From NCBI GenBank assembly GCA_047635555.1, contig JBLIKS010000001.1, positions 1 through 49,179 of the forward strand: 49,179 nt of DNA. The letters are read 5' to 3'. The notes below the pieces were generated by a model that was given only the letters and a program-made list of their open reading frames with translations, was not told the origin of the DNA and ran no database searches. Of the stretch, positions 9,505-19,411 are shown piece by piece (within the stretch, counting starts at the first letter, position 1; every line of letters starts with the position of its first letter). The DNA is from Candidatus Azotimanducaceae bacterium (GTDB lineage: Bacteria; Actinomycetota; Acidimicrobiia; Acidimicrobiales; Ilumatobacteraceae). A program made the translations under genes and the position numbers.

Positions 9505-9650
9505 TCATTCGATTTGAAGGAGGCTGCTCAAGCAGCGAGGAGACCCTGAGGCCGATTCGATCAGGGTACCAAAAACAGTAGAGGCCAGAGATAGGTGCGT
9601 ATCTATCTCACGCCTTCGAGACGGGCCGGCCGAGAGTGAGGTTGGCTGGA

Positions 9651-12155
9651 TCAGTCGTCTGCGCTGGTGTCGGCGGCGATATCGCCTTCGATGTCGCCTT
9701 CGATGTCGCCTTCGCCGACAACGATCGATGCAACAGAGCTCACGGTGTCACCGTCATCCATGTTCATTACTCGGACACCGGTTGCACTACGGCCCTGTTC
9801 AGAGATCTCGCGGACCTGCATGCGGATCGTGAGGCCCAACTCGGACACCGCAACGATCTCGTCGTCGATACCGACCATAAAGGCTGCCACGACCTCACCC
9901 TTCTTACCGGTGAGCTTCATGCCGCGAACACCCTGGCCACCGCGGCCCTGGACGTTAAAGCTCTCGAGCTCTGTCCGCTTGCCGTAGCCCGCCTCGGTCA
10001 CGATCAGAATAGATGTGTCGTCACGGGCGACATCGACAGACACGACTCGATCCTGATCGTTCTTCAGCTTCATGCCACGCACGCCAGCCGCTGTACGACC
10101 CATGGAGCGGACATCGTTCTCGTTAAAGCGAATCGTCATACCGCCACCGGACACCATGAAAATGTCGTCGTCACCGCTGGTCTCGATGACCTTGACGAGT
10201 TCGTCGCCGTCCTTCAAGTTGATGGCGATCAAGCCATCGCGACGGCTCTTGTCGTACTCGGTGAAGGTCGTCTTTTTGACCGTGCCCTTCTTCGTGGCGA
10301 AGAAGAGGTAGCGGTCGATACCGAACTCACGGGTGTCGATGATTGCTTCAACGCGCTCACCCGGGATGAGCGGCAAGAGATTGACGATCGGCATGCCCTT
10401 GGCCGTCCGCTCGCGCTCGGGAACGTCGAGTGCTCGCAGTCGATAGACCTTGCCCAGGTTGGAGAAAAACAGGAGGTGCGCGTGCGCCGTCGTGAAGATC
10501 ACGTGACGCACGATGTCGTCAAGCTTCAACTTGGCGCCCGAGACACCACGACCGCCGCGGCCCTGCGTCTTGAACGAGCCAGCCGGTACGGCTTTGACGT
10601 ACTGGGCCTCGGTCATCACGATGACGAGTTCCTTGTCGTCGGTGAGGTCTTCAATTGACATTTCGCCGATGTCGTAGGTCAGCTCGCACTTACGATCGGT
10701 CGCAAACTTGTCGCGGATTACCGTGATCTCTTCCTTGATGACCGTGTTGAGGCGATCGGGATTATCAAGGATGTCTTGCAGGTCGATGATCTTCAGACGC
10801 AGCTCATCAAGTTCGGTCTGCAGGTCAACTCTCGAAAGCCGGGTGAGCTGACGGAGCTGCATGTCCAAGATGTCGTTGGCCTGAATCTCGGAGAATTCAA
10901 ACGGTGTCGCCATCAGGCCATCACGAGCAATGCCGACGTCATCGCTTGCACGAATGAGTTTGATGATTTCGTCGATGACATCGAGGGCCTTAATGCGGCC
11001 TTCGAGGATGTGCTCGCGATGCCTGGCCTTCTTCAACCGGTTCTGGGTTCGCCGAGTGATGACCTCGACCTGATGGTCGACGTAGGCAACGAGGGCGTCG
11101 CGCAACGTGATCTGCTTGGGCACGCCCTTCACCAGGGCGACCATGTTGATCGAGAACGTGGACTGCAGCTGAGTGAGCTTGAACAGGTTGTTCATCACCA
11201 CGTTGGCGTTGCCGTCGCGTTTGAGGCTGATGATCAGCTCGGTCTTTCCGCCGTTGGAGCCATCGTTGACATCTGCAATACCGTCGAGGTCGCCGTTGTC
11301 GACCAACTGCTGGATACGCGCGGCAATCGCCGAGCAGGAGGTTTGGTACGGCAGCTCGGTGACGACGATTTCGTATCGTCCGTTCTTGCCTTCTTCGATC
11401 GATGCCTTGGCACGCGTTTTGACCGATCCGCGGCCGGTGCGATACGCGTCCACGATGCCGGCCCGACCGAGAATCTGGCCACCGGTCGGGAAGTCCGGAC
11501 CCTTGACGAACTCCATGAGCGCGTCAGCATCGGCGTCGGGATTGTCGATCAGGTGCACGACGGCGTCGATCACTTCGCCGAGGTTGTGCGGCGGGATATT
11601 CGTTGCCATACCAACAGCAATGCCCTGGCTGCCGTTGACCAACAGGTTTGGAAACCGCGCCGGAAGGACAATGGGTTCTTCCGTGGTCCCGTCGTAGTTC
11701 GGGATCATGTCGACGGTGTCTTCGTCGATTCCGGCAAGCAGTTCCATTGCCAGCGGGTCCAGACGACACTCGGTGTAACGCGAGGCGGCAGGACCGAAGT
11801 CGGGCGAGCCGTAGTTGCCGTGGAAGTCGATCAGCGGGTGGCGCAACGAGAAGGGTTGGGCCATACGCACGAGTGCGGCATAGATGGCGGAGTCACCGTG
11901 GGGATGGAAACGAGCCATCGTGTCGCCAGCGACACGAGCACACTTGACGTGGCCCCGATCTGGCCGAAAGCCTTGCTCTTCCATGTCCCAGATGATCCGG
12001 CGGTGGACAGGCTTGAGACCGTCGCGCACGTCGGGTAGCGCGCGCGACATGATGACCGACATGGCGTATTCGAGGAATGAGCTTTCCATTTCCTCGTTGA
12101 GCGCAATCGGCTGGATCGAACCGCTGGTTGGTGTGTCGTCAGTGGTGTCAGTCAT
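9651..12155 (-). CDS. gyrA: DNA gyrase subunit A
   Basis: RALPDVRDGLKPVHRR, HPHGD, catalytic AASRYTE, and GyrA-box QGRGGRG. Confidence 0.98.
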   Translation of the reverse strand: MTDTTDDTPTSGSIQPIALNEEMESSFLEYAMSVIMSRALPDVRDGLKPVHRRIIWDMEEQGFRPDRGHVKCARVAGDTMARFHPHGDSAIYAALVRMAQPFSLRHPLIDFHGNYGSPDFGPAASRYTECRLDPLAMELLAGIDEDTVDMIPNYDGTTEEPIVLPARFPNLLVNGSQGIAVGMATNIPPHNLGEVIDAVVHLIDNPDADADALMEFVKGPDFPTGGQILGRAGIVDAYRTGRGSVKTRAKASIEEGKNGRYEIVVTELPYQTSCSAIAARIQQLVDNGDLDGIADVNDGSNGGKTELIISLKRDGNANVVMNNLFKLTQLQSTFSINMVALVKGVPKQITLRDALVAYVDHQVEVITRRTQNRLKKARHREHILEGRIKALDVIDEIIKLIRASDDVGIARDGLMATPFEFSEIQANDILDMQLRQLTRLSRVDLQTELDELRLKIIDLQDILDNPDRLNTVIKEEITVIRDKFATDRKCELTYDIGEMSIEDLTDDKELVIVMTEAQYVKAVPAGSFKTQGRGGRGVSGAKLKLDDIVRHVIFTTAHAHLLFFSNLGKVYRLRALDVPERERTAKGMPIVNLLPLIPGERVEAIIDTREFGIDRYLFFATKKGTVKKTTFTEYDKSRRDGLIAINLKDGDELVKVIETSGDDDIFMVSGGGMTIRFNENDVRSMGRTAAGVRGMKLKNDQDRVVSVDVARDDTSILIVTEAGYGKRTELESFNVQGRGGQGVRGMKLTGKKGEVVAAFMVGIDDEIVAVSELGLTIRMQVREISEQGRSATGVRVMNMDDGDTVSSVASIVVGEGDIEGDIEGDIAADTSADD
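9678..9713. repeat. 3 x 12-bp tandem repeat encoding EGDI in the GyrA acidic tail
   Basis: GAT(A/G)TCGCCTTC three times. Confidence 0.85.
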
Positions 12156-12194
12156 GGGTGTTGATCATTTCTCATTCGTTGTGCTGTTCGTACT

Positions 12195-12231
12195 GACGTT
12201 TCAGTTGGGGCCTGACCCCAACTGAAACGTC
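12195..12231. repeat. Perfect 16-bp inverted repeat between gyrB and gyrA
   Basis: GACGTTTCAGTTGGGG-CCTGA-CCCCAACTGAAACGTC. Confidence 0.9.
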
Positions 12232-12235
12232 GAGG

Positions 12236-14272
12236 TCAAAAGTCCAGGTTCTGGACGTCGCGGGCGTTCTTGACAATGAATTCGCGACGACTCGGCACAT
12301 CGTCGCCCATGAGGACCGATGTGATGTGGTCGGCCTCGGCTGCTTCATCGACCGTGACCTGCAGCAACGTACGGGTGCTGGCATCCATAGTGGTCCCGCG
12401 AAGCTCTTCCCAATCCATTTCGCCGAGACCCTTCAGACGTTGAAATTGCTTCTTGTGGTTCGGTCGCTGGGCCATGAACGCGTTTTTGGCCGCATCGTCT
12501 TTCAGGTAGACCTTTTCTTTGCCAACCTCGGTCGAATACAGCGGCGGCTGGGCGATGTAACAGTAGCCAGCCTCGACCATCTCGCGCATCTGGCGAAAGA
12601 AGAACGTCAAGAGCAAAGTGCGGATGTGGCTTCCGTCGACATCGGCGTCAGCGAGGCAGATGACCTTGTGATAGCGGCACTTCTCGACGTCAAACTCATC
12701 ACCAACACCGGCACCAATCGCGGTGATCAGCGCTTGGATTTCGGTGTTCTTCAGCATCTTGTCGACCCGGGCTCGTTCGACGTTCAAAATTTTACCGCGG
12801 ATAGGGAGAATCGCCTGAGTACGTGGGTCGCGAGCGTCGACAGCAGTACCGCCAGCCGAGTCACCCTCAACGATCATGATCTCGGACTCGGAAGCGTCCT
12901 TCGACGAACAGTCCTTCAACTTGTCGGGCATGCCGGCGCCGGACAGGGCGGTCTTACGACGGATTGCGTTACGTGCGTTCTTGGCCGCATCGCGCGCCTG
13001 AGCAGCAGCGAGCCCTTTCTTGACCATCCGGTTGGCCTCGGCAGGGTTCTCATCCATCCACTCGACCATGCGGGCGTAGGTGGCCTTCTGGACGAAGGAG
13101 CGCGCAGGCACATTGCCGAGCTTGGCCTTGGTCTGACCCTCGAACTGCGGCTCGCGAAGCTTGACCGTGACGATCGCCGTGAGGCCCTCGCGCACGTCGT
13201 CGCCAGTGAGGTTCGCATCCTTTTCTTTGATGAGATTCTTTTCTCTGCCGTACTTGTTGACAACCGAAGTGAGGGCAGTCTTGAAGCCCTCGACGTGCAT
13301 CCCGCCCTCGGTGGTCGAGATGCCGTTGGCGTACCCGTGGATCCCCTCGTGGTACCCGGTGTTCCACTGCATGGCGATGTCGAGTTCCATGCCCTCTTCG
13401 ACGTCTTCATCCTCAAAGCTGCAGACCTTGGCGAACAACGGCTCCTTAGAAGCATTGAGGTGCTTCACGAAGTCGACCAAACCGCCCTTGTACTGAAATG
13501 TGACGTCTTGCTCGCGTTCCGCGCGCTCGTCTTTGAAAACGATCTCGAGGCCCTTGTTCAAGAAGGCCATGATCTGCAGGCGATCGAGCACCGTGCGGGC
13601 GACAAACTCGGTGCCCTCGGCCTGGAAGATCCCGGCGTCGGGATAAAAGGTGATACTCGTGCCGGTCTCCCGGCCGCCCGTCGGTGTCTCACCCGCAGGC
13701 TTCATTTCGGCCTTCGGCTTGCCACCTTCGAGGTAAGTCTGCTCATAGCGAACGCCGCCACGGTCAACCTGGATTTCGAGGCGAGTCGACAGTGCGTTGA
13801 CGACGGAGACGCCGACGCCGTGAAGCCCACCAGACACCTTGTAGCCGCTCTCTTCGCCGCCGAACTTGCCACCGGCGTGCAATACGGTTAAGACCACTTC
13901 AGCAGCGCTCTTACCCTTGTGTTCGCCTGACGGGTATGGGTCAACCGGGATGCCGCGACCGTTGTCGTCGACGCGGCAGCCGCCATCCGCCTGCAACGTG
14001 ACGACAATACTGTCGCACACACCGGCCATTGCTTCGTCGACCGCATTGTCGACGACTTCCCAAATCAGATGGTGCAGGCCTTGCAAACCAGTAGAACCGA
14101 TGTACATACCGGGGCGCTTGCGTACGGGGTCGAGCCCTTCGAGCACCTGGATCTGTGCGGCACCGTAGTCGCCAGGTTTGTTGGACGTCTTTTCGGCAGA
14201 AGGCGTCGGCGTCGGCTCTGGAGCCTGCTCGTCGCCGGTTTCAGCGGGGGTGTCAGCGGTGTCGTTGGACAC
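12236..14272 (-). CDS. gyrB: DNA gyrase subunit B
   Basis: VRKRPGMYIG, EVVDNAVDE, GLHGVGVSVVNALS, EGDSAGG, PIRGKILN, DADVDG. Confidence 0.98.
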   Translation of the reverse strand: MSNDTADTPAETGDEQAPEPTPTPSAEKTSNKPGDYGAAQIQVLEGLDPVRKRPGMYIGSTGLQGLHHLIWEVVDNAVDEAMAGVCDSIVVTLQADGGCRVDDNGRGIPVDPYPSGEHKGKSAAEVVLTVLHAGGKFGGEESGYKVSGGLHGVGVSVVNALSTRLEIQVDRGGVRYEQTYLEGGKPKAEMKPAGETPTGGRETGTSITFYPDAGIFQAEGTEFVARTVLDRLQIMAFLNKGLEIVFKDERAEREQDVTFQYKGGLVDFVKHLNASKEPLFAKVCSFEDEDVEEGMELDIAMQWNTGYHEGIHGYANGISTTEGGMHVEGFKTALTSVVNKYGREKNLIKEKDANLTGDDVREGLTAIVTVKLREPQFEGQTKAKLGNVPARSFVQKATYARMVEWMDENPAEANRMVKKGLAAAQARDAAKNARNAIRRKTALSGAGMPDKLKDCSSKDASESEIMIVEGDSAGGTAVDARDPRTQAILPIRGKILNVERARVDKMLKNTEIQALITAIGAGVGDEFDVEKCRYHKVICLADADVDGSHIRTLLLTFFFRQMREMVEAGYCYIAQPPLYSTEVGKEKVYLKDDAAKNAFMAQRPNHKKQFQRLKGLGEMDWEELRGTTMDASTRTLLQVTVDEAAEADHITSVLMGDDVPSRREFIVKNARDVQNLDF

Positions 14273-14555
14273 TCAAACCTCGATGTCTTCAAATCGTCGG
14301 ACACGGCGCAAGCACGCCGTGCTTTTCGGGGCGATGAGAGCGCTTGCGCCAGGTACATCAGACCGACGGCAAACCCTTTCCGCAATTGGTTCTCAGTGTA
14401 CTCCATGGGTGTCACAGAGATGCGATTCCGTGGTGGCAAACTACACGATCGTCGGAACAGAGGTACCCACTGGTTTTTTGGCCATCTCGCGGCACTGGCG
14501 ATGACCTGTTTTCAAAGTTGAACGAACAGCTCGAGGCATTGGTTTCGATAGCAGA

Positions 14556-14852
14556 TTAGCGCGTCCGTGCAACACGCACTTCGACGCGTTCCACCTGCAC
14601 ACGGGCAACTTCCTCCAGCCGAGCGATAATCGTGCCGGACAGGAACTTGACCTGAGTGGCCCATGCAACGTCGTCGGATTCGACAGTAAGAACGCCCTGA
14701 TCGAGCCGCACCGGTCGGACGTGCGCAGCAACATTCGGGCCGACGGCATCAGCCCACTTCCCGAAAACACCGCCGATCTGAATTCGATCGGTCCCGCGCA
14801 ACGATTTCATGATCCCGTCGAGCGATTTCGTGATCGGCACTGGTTCAGCCAT
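14556..14852 (-). CDS. dciA: DciA / DUF721 family helicase-loading protein
   Basis: W...VG..VAAH.RP......L.V......WATQ pattern; conserved position between recF and gyrB. Start set at ATG 14852. Confidence 0.85.
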   Translation of the reverse strand: MAEPVPITKSLDGIMKSLRGTDRIQIGGVFGKWADAVGPNVAAHVRPVRLDQGVLTVESDDVAWATQVKFLSGTIIARLEEVARVQVERVEVRVARTR

Positions 14853-14961
14853 CAGGCATGTCACCGTAGCTGCGTGGTGAAGGACTTGAATGCTTGTCAG
14901 CCGCATGATCTGTGACTGTCACCGGCATTGGAGTATCAAATCAAATGCAACCTCGGTGAGC

Positions 14962-16041
14962 TCATTCGACAACCTTGCCTCCTTCGATGCGGAGGATTCG
15001 GTCAGCCTGTGCGGCGGGTGGAAGCTCGCTCGCCGTCGTGATGATTACTTGACCAGGTGGGATGTGTTCAAGAAGGGCAGTGGCGCGGTCGTCGTCAAGT
15101 TCAGAGAGCACATCGTCGAGCACAAGTACCGGCGCTGATCCTGTGCGTTCGGTGACGAGTTGATGCGCGGCGAGGCGCAATGCGAGCGCGAGTGTGCGTT
15201 GTTCCCCTTGCGACGCATGCGTCCGGCTTGGTAGGCCGTTGATCGTAAAGCTCAACTCGTCGCGGTGCGGCCCAACCGTCGAGACGCCGCGTCGAAAATC
15301 AGCAGTACGCGCCGCCTGCAAAGCTGAGACAAGACCGAGTTGACGCCACTCCGGTTCGTACGTCAGACCAATAGGTGTCGAGATGCCGGCAAGACGCTCA
15401 TACGCGTCTTGGACCAACGGGGTAATTCTCGAGACAAGGGTTGCTCGGGCGTAGCCGAACTGATCGGCAATTTCTGCGAACTTCATGTCCCATACGTCGA
15501 GGGTGACTTCAACTTCACTTGTCAGGCGGCCGTTGGCTTGCTTGAGCAGCGTGTTCCGTTGTTTAACGATTCGGTCGATCTCAAGTCGGATCGCGTCGTA
15601 CTTGGTCGCGAGTGCAACGAGTGTGTCGTCCATGTAGCGACGCCGGTCGCCTGGCCCGCCTTTGATCAAAATAAGATCGTCGGGCGAAAAAACTGTGACA
15701 CGCACCGAGCCGAGTAAGTCACGGACTCGCACCAATTTCTGCTTGTTCACTTGCACGCGATTCCGACCCGCAGCAACAAGTTCGGCTTCAATCAAGGTTT
15801 CACGGCCATCGTCATGACGGACAATTGCACGGATAATTGCTCGCAGAGCACCAGACTTGATGAGTGCGTCATTCGGCGCCCCTCTGAAACTCGACAGCGT
15901 TGCGAGATAGGCCAACGCCTCGGCAAGGTTCGTCTTGCCCTGACCGTTGCCGCCAATAATCGCCGTTGTCCCGGACGTCAGATCAAACGAGCCTTGTGCG
16001 TAGTTGCGAAAATCGATCAGCTCGAGGTGCTCGACAATCAC
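14962..16041 (-). CDS. recF: DNA replication/repair protein RecF
   Basis: DFRNY, Walker A GGNGQGKTN, GPHRDEL, SQGEQR, LDDVLSELD. Confidence 0.97.
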   Translation of the reverse strand: MIVEHLELIDFRNYAQGSFDLTSGTTAIIGGNGQGKTNLAEALAYLATLSSFRGAPNDALIKSGALRAIIRAIVRHDDGRETLIEAELVAAGRNRVQVNKQKLVRVRDLLGSVRVTVFSPDDLILIKGGPGDRRRYMDDTLVALATKYDAIRLEIDRIVKQRNTLLKQANGRLTSEVEVTLDVWDMKFAEIADQFGYARATLVSRITPLVQDAYERLAGISTPIGLTYEPEWRQLGLVSALQAARTADFRRGVSTVGPHRDELSFTINGLPSRTHASQGEQRTLALALRLAAHQLVTERTGSAPVLVLDDVLSELDDDRATALLEHIPPGQVIITTASELPPAAQADRILRIEGGKVVE

Positions 16042-16060
16042 AGTTGGCAGATTAGGTCGC

Positions 16061-16118
16061 CCAGTTTTTGTGTGAGCGATTCTGACAAAAGTCGCATCAA
16101 TCGCTCACACAAAAAGGG
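16061..16118. repeat. REP-like inverted repeat, copy 1 (possible bidirectional terminator)
   Basis: Perfect 17-bp arms TTTTTGTGTGAGCGATT (16065-16081) and AATCGCTCACACAAAAA (16099-16115). Confidence 0.8.
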
Positions 16119-16137
16119 AACGCCGGCTAGCGCCAAA

Positions 16138-17244
16138 TTACGGAACGCGCACGGGCATCAGGAGGTACAGGTAATCGTCCTGCCCAACACCGCGCAAAAC
16201 CGCTGGCTTCATGGGATCCATGGTGGCGAGCGTGACATCGTCAGCGTCGATTGCGTCAATACCAGCAAGCAGATAATCCGGGTTGAACGCCACGGTCATC
16301 TCCGCACCGTCGTAGCTCGCGTCGATCTCTTCAACGGCGTTACCGACGTCCTGCGTGATCGCCGTGAGCTGCACCGTGTCGCCACCAAGCGTCATACGCA
16401 CCGGAGTCGAATCTTGAGCGAGGATTTTCACACGGCGAATCGCTTCGATCATCGCGACCTTGCTCACGGTCAGCAAGTTCGGGTAGCTCGAAGGGAGCAA
16501 GTTGCGATAATTCGGAAACTCACCCTCGATGAGTCGAGTGCTCAAGCGGGTTGAGCCAGCCTCGAACGTTGCTTCGCGCTCGCCAAGGCGAACGGTGAGG
16601 GTTTCTTCGTTGCCCATGAGACGCTGCAACTCGTTCAGAGCACGACCGGGAATCAGGACCTTTTGACCAGAACCGAGCATGGATGAGTCCGGTAGATCAC
16701 GGACGGCCAAGCGGTACGAGTCGGTAGCGACCATCCGAAGGCCGTCATCTTCAGATGCCAAGAGCACACCGGTGAGGACTGCGCGTGCATCATCAGTCGA
16801 AGCTGCGCGCACAACTTGGCGAAGTGCCTCGGCCATGTCGGCGGCAGGAAGTGTGACTGCGTCGCCGGCAGGTTCCATTTGTACCGGGTAGTCGTCGAGA
16901 GACAGCGGGCGCACAGAAAACTGTGATCGGCCAGCGCTGATCGACATCTCGGCGCCCGAGTCACCGTCGGCAAGGTCGATTTCGACCGCACCTGAGGGAA
17001 GTGCCTTGACGATGTCAGCAACGAGGCGTGCGGGTACCACGGCGGCGCCATCACGTTCACCGCCGACCTCAATCGACAACCGGATTGTCAGCTCAAGGTC
17101 GGTACCGGTGATGGTCAGCGAATCGCCGATCACCTCCATCCGCACGCCAGCCAATACAGGCAGCGTGCCAGTCCGGTTGGTGGCGGCACGACCAGCCGAT
17201 CCAACGGCGTCAGCAAGGACGTCACGTTCGCAACGAAACTTCAC
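16138..17244 (-). CDS. dnaN: DNA polymerase III beta sliding clamp
   Basis: GTDLE, VATDSYRLA, RLIEGEFPNY, AFNPDYL, YLLMPVR. Start at GTG 17244 (or 17253) after GAGGAG. Confidence 0.97.
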   Translation of the reverse strand: MKFRCERDVLADAVGSAGRAATNRTGTLPVLAGVRMEVIGDSLTITGTDLELTIRLSIEVGGERDGAAVVPARLVADIVKALPSGAVEIDLADGDSGAEMSISAGRSQFSVRPLSLDDYPVQMEPAGDAVTLPAADMAEALRQVVRAASTDDARAVLTGVLLASEDDGLRMVATDSYRLAVRDLPDSSMLGSGQKVLIPGRALNELQRLMGNEETLTVRLGEREATFEAGSTRLSTRLIEGEFPNYRNLLPSSYPNLLTVSKVAMIEAIRRVKILAQDSTPVRMTLGGDTVQLTAITQDVGNAVEEIDASYDGAEMTVAFNPDYLLAGIDAIDADDVTLATMDPMKPAVLRGVGQDDYLYLLMPVRVP

Positions 17245-17253
17245 AGTGGGCAC

Positions 17254-17557
17254 TTCTCCTCATGCATGGATGTTTCAAAGAACAATGTAAGTAGTAGGTG
17301 CTGTGGATTGGGGACAACCCACCATTCCTGCAGCGTAGAGCCGCCGTGGGCTTCCACAATGGATGGACCACTTCTCCCCAGGTTGCGGCTTACATGCGTG
17401 TGGTCCAGTGGACAACGATGAGTTGTCCCCTTTTCTTGTGATACTTGCGCGCTGGTGTGTCCCCTGCTTTGCAGCAGTTGTCCACCGATATTCGCGCAGA
17501 GGCGACGTTCGCCAGCGCTATGAGTGGGGATCCAACGGCGTTGACGAGTGCAATTTC
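17254..17557. other. oriC: oriC, dnaA-dnaN subregion with predicted unwinding site
   Basis: Minus strand 17317-17284 reads TTGTCCCCA-ATCCACAG-CACC-TACTACTTACATT. This matches the layout of the B. subtilis basal unwinding system: paired DnaA boxes, GC spacer, DnaA-trios, AT-rich tail. Further degenerate boxes at 17407-17415, 17423-17431 and 17478-17486. Confidence 0.85.
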
Positions 17558-18940
17558 TCATGCTTTGAGCTGCTGCTGGAGGTCGGTGACTTGGTCGTAA
17601 ATCTGCTTGCGCTCACTCATCAGTCGCTGAATTTTCTCATTGGCGTGGATGACGGTGGTGTGGTCTCGTCCGCCGAACAACCGAGCGATTGCGGGGTAGC
17701 TGAGATCGGTCATCTCACGGAAGACGTACATGGCGATTTGACGTGCCGTAACGAGGGGCCGCTGTCGGCTCTTGCCCTTCAGCGCTTCGACCTCGAATTT
17801 TAGAATCCCAGCAATTTCGGCGAGCAACTCTTCATCGGTGCGATGCTTGGGCTTCGTGTCGACCATGAGGCCAGCAAGTTGTGTCTCAGCCAACTCGGTC
17901 GTGATTGCTTCACCACTGAGGCTCGCGTATGCGGTCACTCTGATCAGGGCACCTTCCAACTCTCGGATGTTGGTCGAGAAGTTAGTGGCAATGAAGTCGA
18001 GTGTTTCGTTCGGAACTTCGACATGGTCACGTTCGGCCTTGTTCCGGAGAATCGCTGTGCGGGTTTCGAGATCCGGTGGCTGGATGTCGGTGAGTAAGCC
18101 CCATTTGAAGCGGCCACGGAGTCGTTCCTCGAGTGTCGGGATGGCGTCCGGCATGCGATCAGAACTGATGACGATTTGCTTGTTTGCGCCATGCAGCGTG
18201 TTGAAGGTATGGAAAAACTCTTCTTGGAGACCCTCTTTACCGGCAATGAATTGGATGTCGTCGATCAGTAGGACGTCGATGTCTCGGTAACGACGTCGGA
18301 GCGCGCTGGTGGTGTTCTGGCGAATGGCGTCGACGTATTCGTTCATAAACGTTTCAGTCGACACGTACCGCACTTCGTGGTGTTGGTAGTTGTCGTGGAC
18401 GTAATGGCCAATCGCGTGGAGGAGGTGGGTCTTACCAAGACCAGCTGAACCGTAAATGAAGAGCGGATTATACGATCTACCAGGTGTTTCGGCGACTCTG
18501 AGAGCAGCAGCCAACGCGAACTGATTTGACGCTCCCTTGACGAACTCCTCGAAGGTGTAACGCGGGTTCAATCCAGCTTCGTCAACATGGGAACGTGTGT
18601 CGTTCTCGTTTCCCATGTGCGAGAAGGACGCCGGTGAGGACGCCGACGTCACGTTTGGCTCGCTCGGTGTCGGTTCGTTCTCGACTGCATCGGATTTTGC
18701 GACTTCGATGTCTATCGAGCGATGTCCTTCTCCAGCTTCGTCGAGTGCGTCTGTCACCAGTGGGAGATACCGGGTCAGGATTCGGTCGCGCACGTAGGCG
18801 GACGGTGCCAGTAGTCGCAGCATGCCGCTGCCGGCGTCGAGCGGGATGATGTCCTGAAAGGTTGAGAACCAAACGGACTCAGCGAGCTGGGAGCGAAGGA
18901 ACAGCGTGACTTGTGTCCACACATCATCAGCGTCACTCAC
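17558..18940 (-). CDS. dnaA: Chromosomal replication initiator DnaA
   Basis: LNPRYTF, YNPLFIYG..GLGKTHLL, DDIQF, GGRDHTTVIHA. Confidence 0.99.
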   Translation of the reverse strand: MSDADDVWTQVTLFLRSQLAESVWFSTFQDIIPLDAGSGMLRLLAPSAYVRDRILTRYLPLVTDALDEAGEGHRSIDIEVAKSDAVENEPTPSEPNVTSASSPASFSHMGNENDTRSHVDEAGLNPRYTFEEFVKGASNQFALAAALRVAETPGRSYNPLFIYGSAGLGKTHLLHAIGHYVHDNYQHHEVRYVSTETFMNEYVDAIRQNTTSALRRRYRDIDVLLIDDIQFIAGKEGLQEEFFHTFNTLHGANKQIVISSDRMPDAIPTLEERLRGRFKWGLLTDIQPPDLETRTAILRNKAERDHVEVPNETLDFIATNFSTNIRELEGALIRVTAYASLSGEAITTELAETQLAGLMVDTKPKHRTDEELLAEIAGILKFEVEALKGKSRQRPLVTARQIAMYVFREMTDLSYPAIARLFGGRDHTTVIHANEKIQRLMSERKQIYDQVTDLQQQLKA

Positions 18941-19411
18941 GTGGTGTCAATTTCCTTCGAACGTCGGATTCCCACTCGTCGTGGCATGGTCGGCAACAGA
19001 CTCTGTCCACATAGTTGTCCACAAGATGTGGACATGTGCGGGGCCGGCGGCGGACGTCTGAACATAGCAGGTTGTAAACGGAACCCAAACATTTGTAGAA
19101 ACACGCCGCATGCTGGGGTAACGCTGGGTAGTCCTCGATGTGAATAACTTACAACAATGTCGTTTAGCCGGCGCTGTGGGTCAACTGTGGAGAACGAGGT
19201 CTGCGGCGTGAAGGCGTTGGAGTGCGATTCAAACGTTCGTGCTCGGGCGATTGGACGGGATCTGAGTGACGTCCGTAAGTCGGCCGCCTCGCAGGGGTGG
19301 TTGGGAGACGCCCCTCGCGCGCCGTAGCCTTTCTTGGTCAGTCCACAGGAAGTGCCCACCAGGGCACGTATTTCCCCCGGTCGTGACTTGAAACGTCCGA
19401 AAGAGAACGTC
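18941..19411. promoter_or_regulatory. dnaA-rpmH intergenic DnaA-box cluster and divergent promoters
   Basis: CTGTCCACA 19003-19011, TTGTCCACA 19015-19023, TGTGGACAT 19027-19035, TGTGAATAA 19139-19147, TGTGGAGAA 19186-19194. Confidence 0.85.

Noticed and set aside
9505-9650. Riboswitch upstream of the pilin-like gene
   Set aside because: Small hairpins are present but I could not match c-di-GMP or c-di-AMP consensus motifs by eye; an Rfam scan would settle it.
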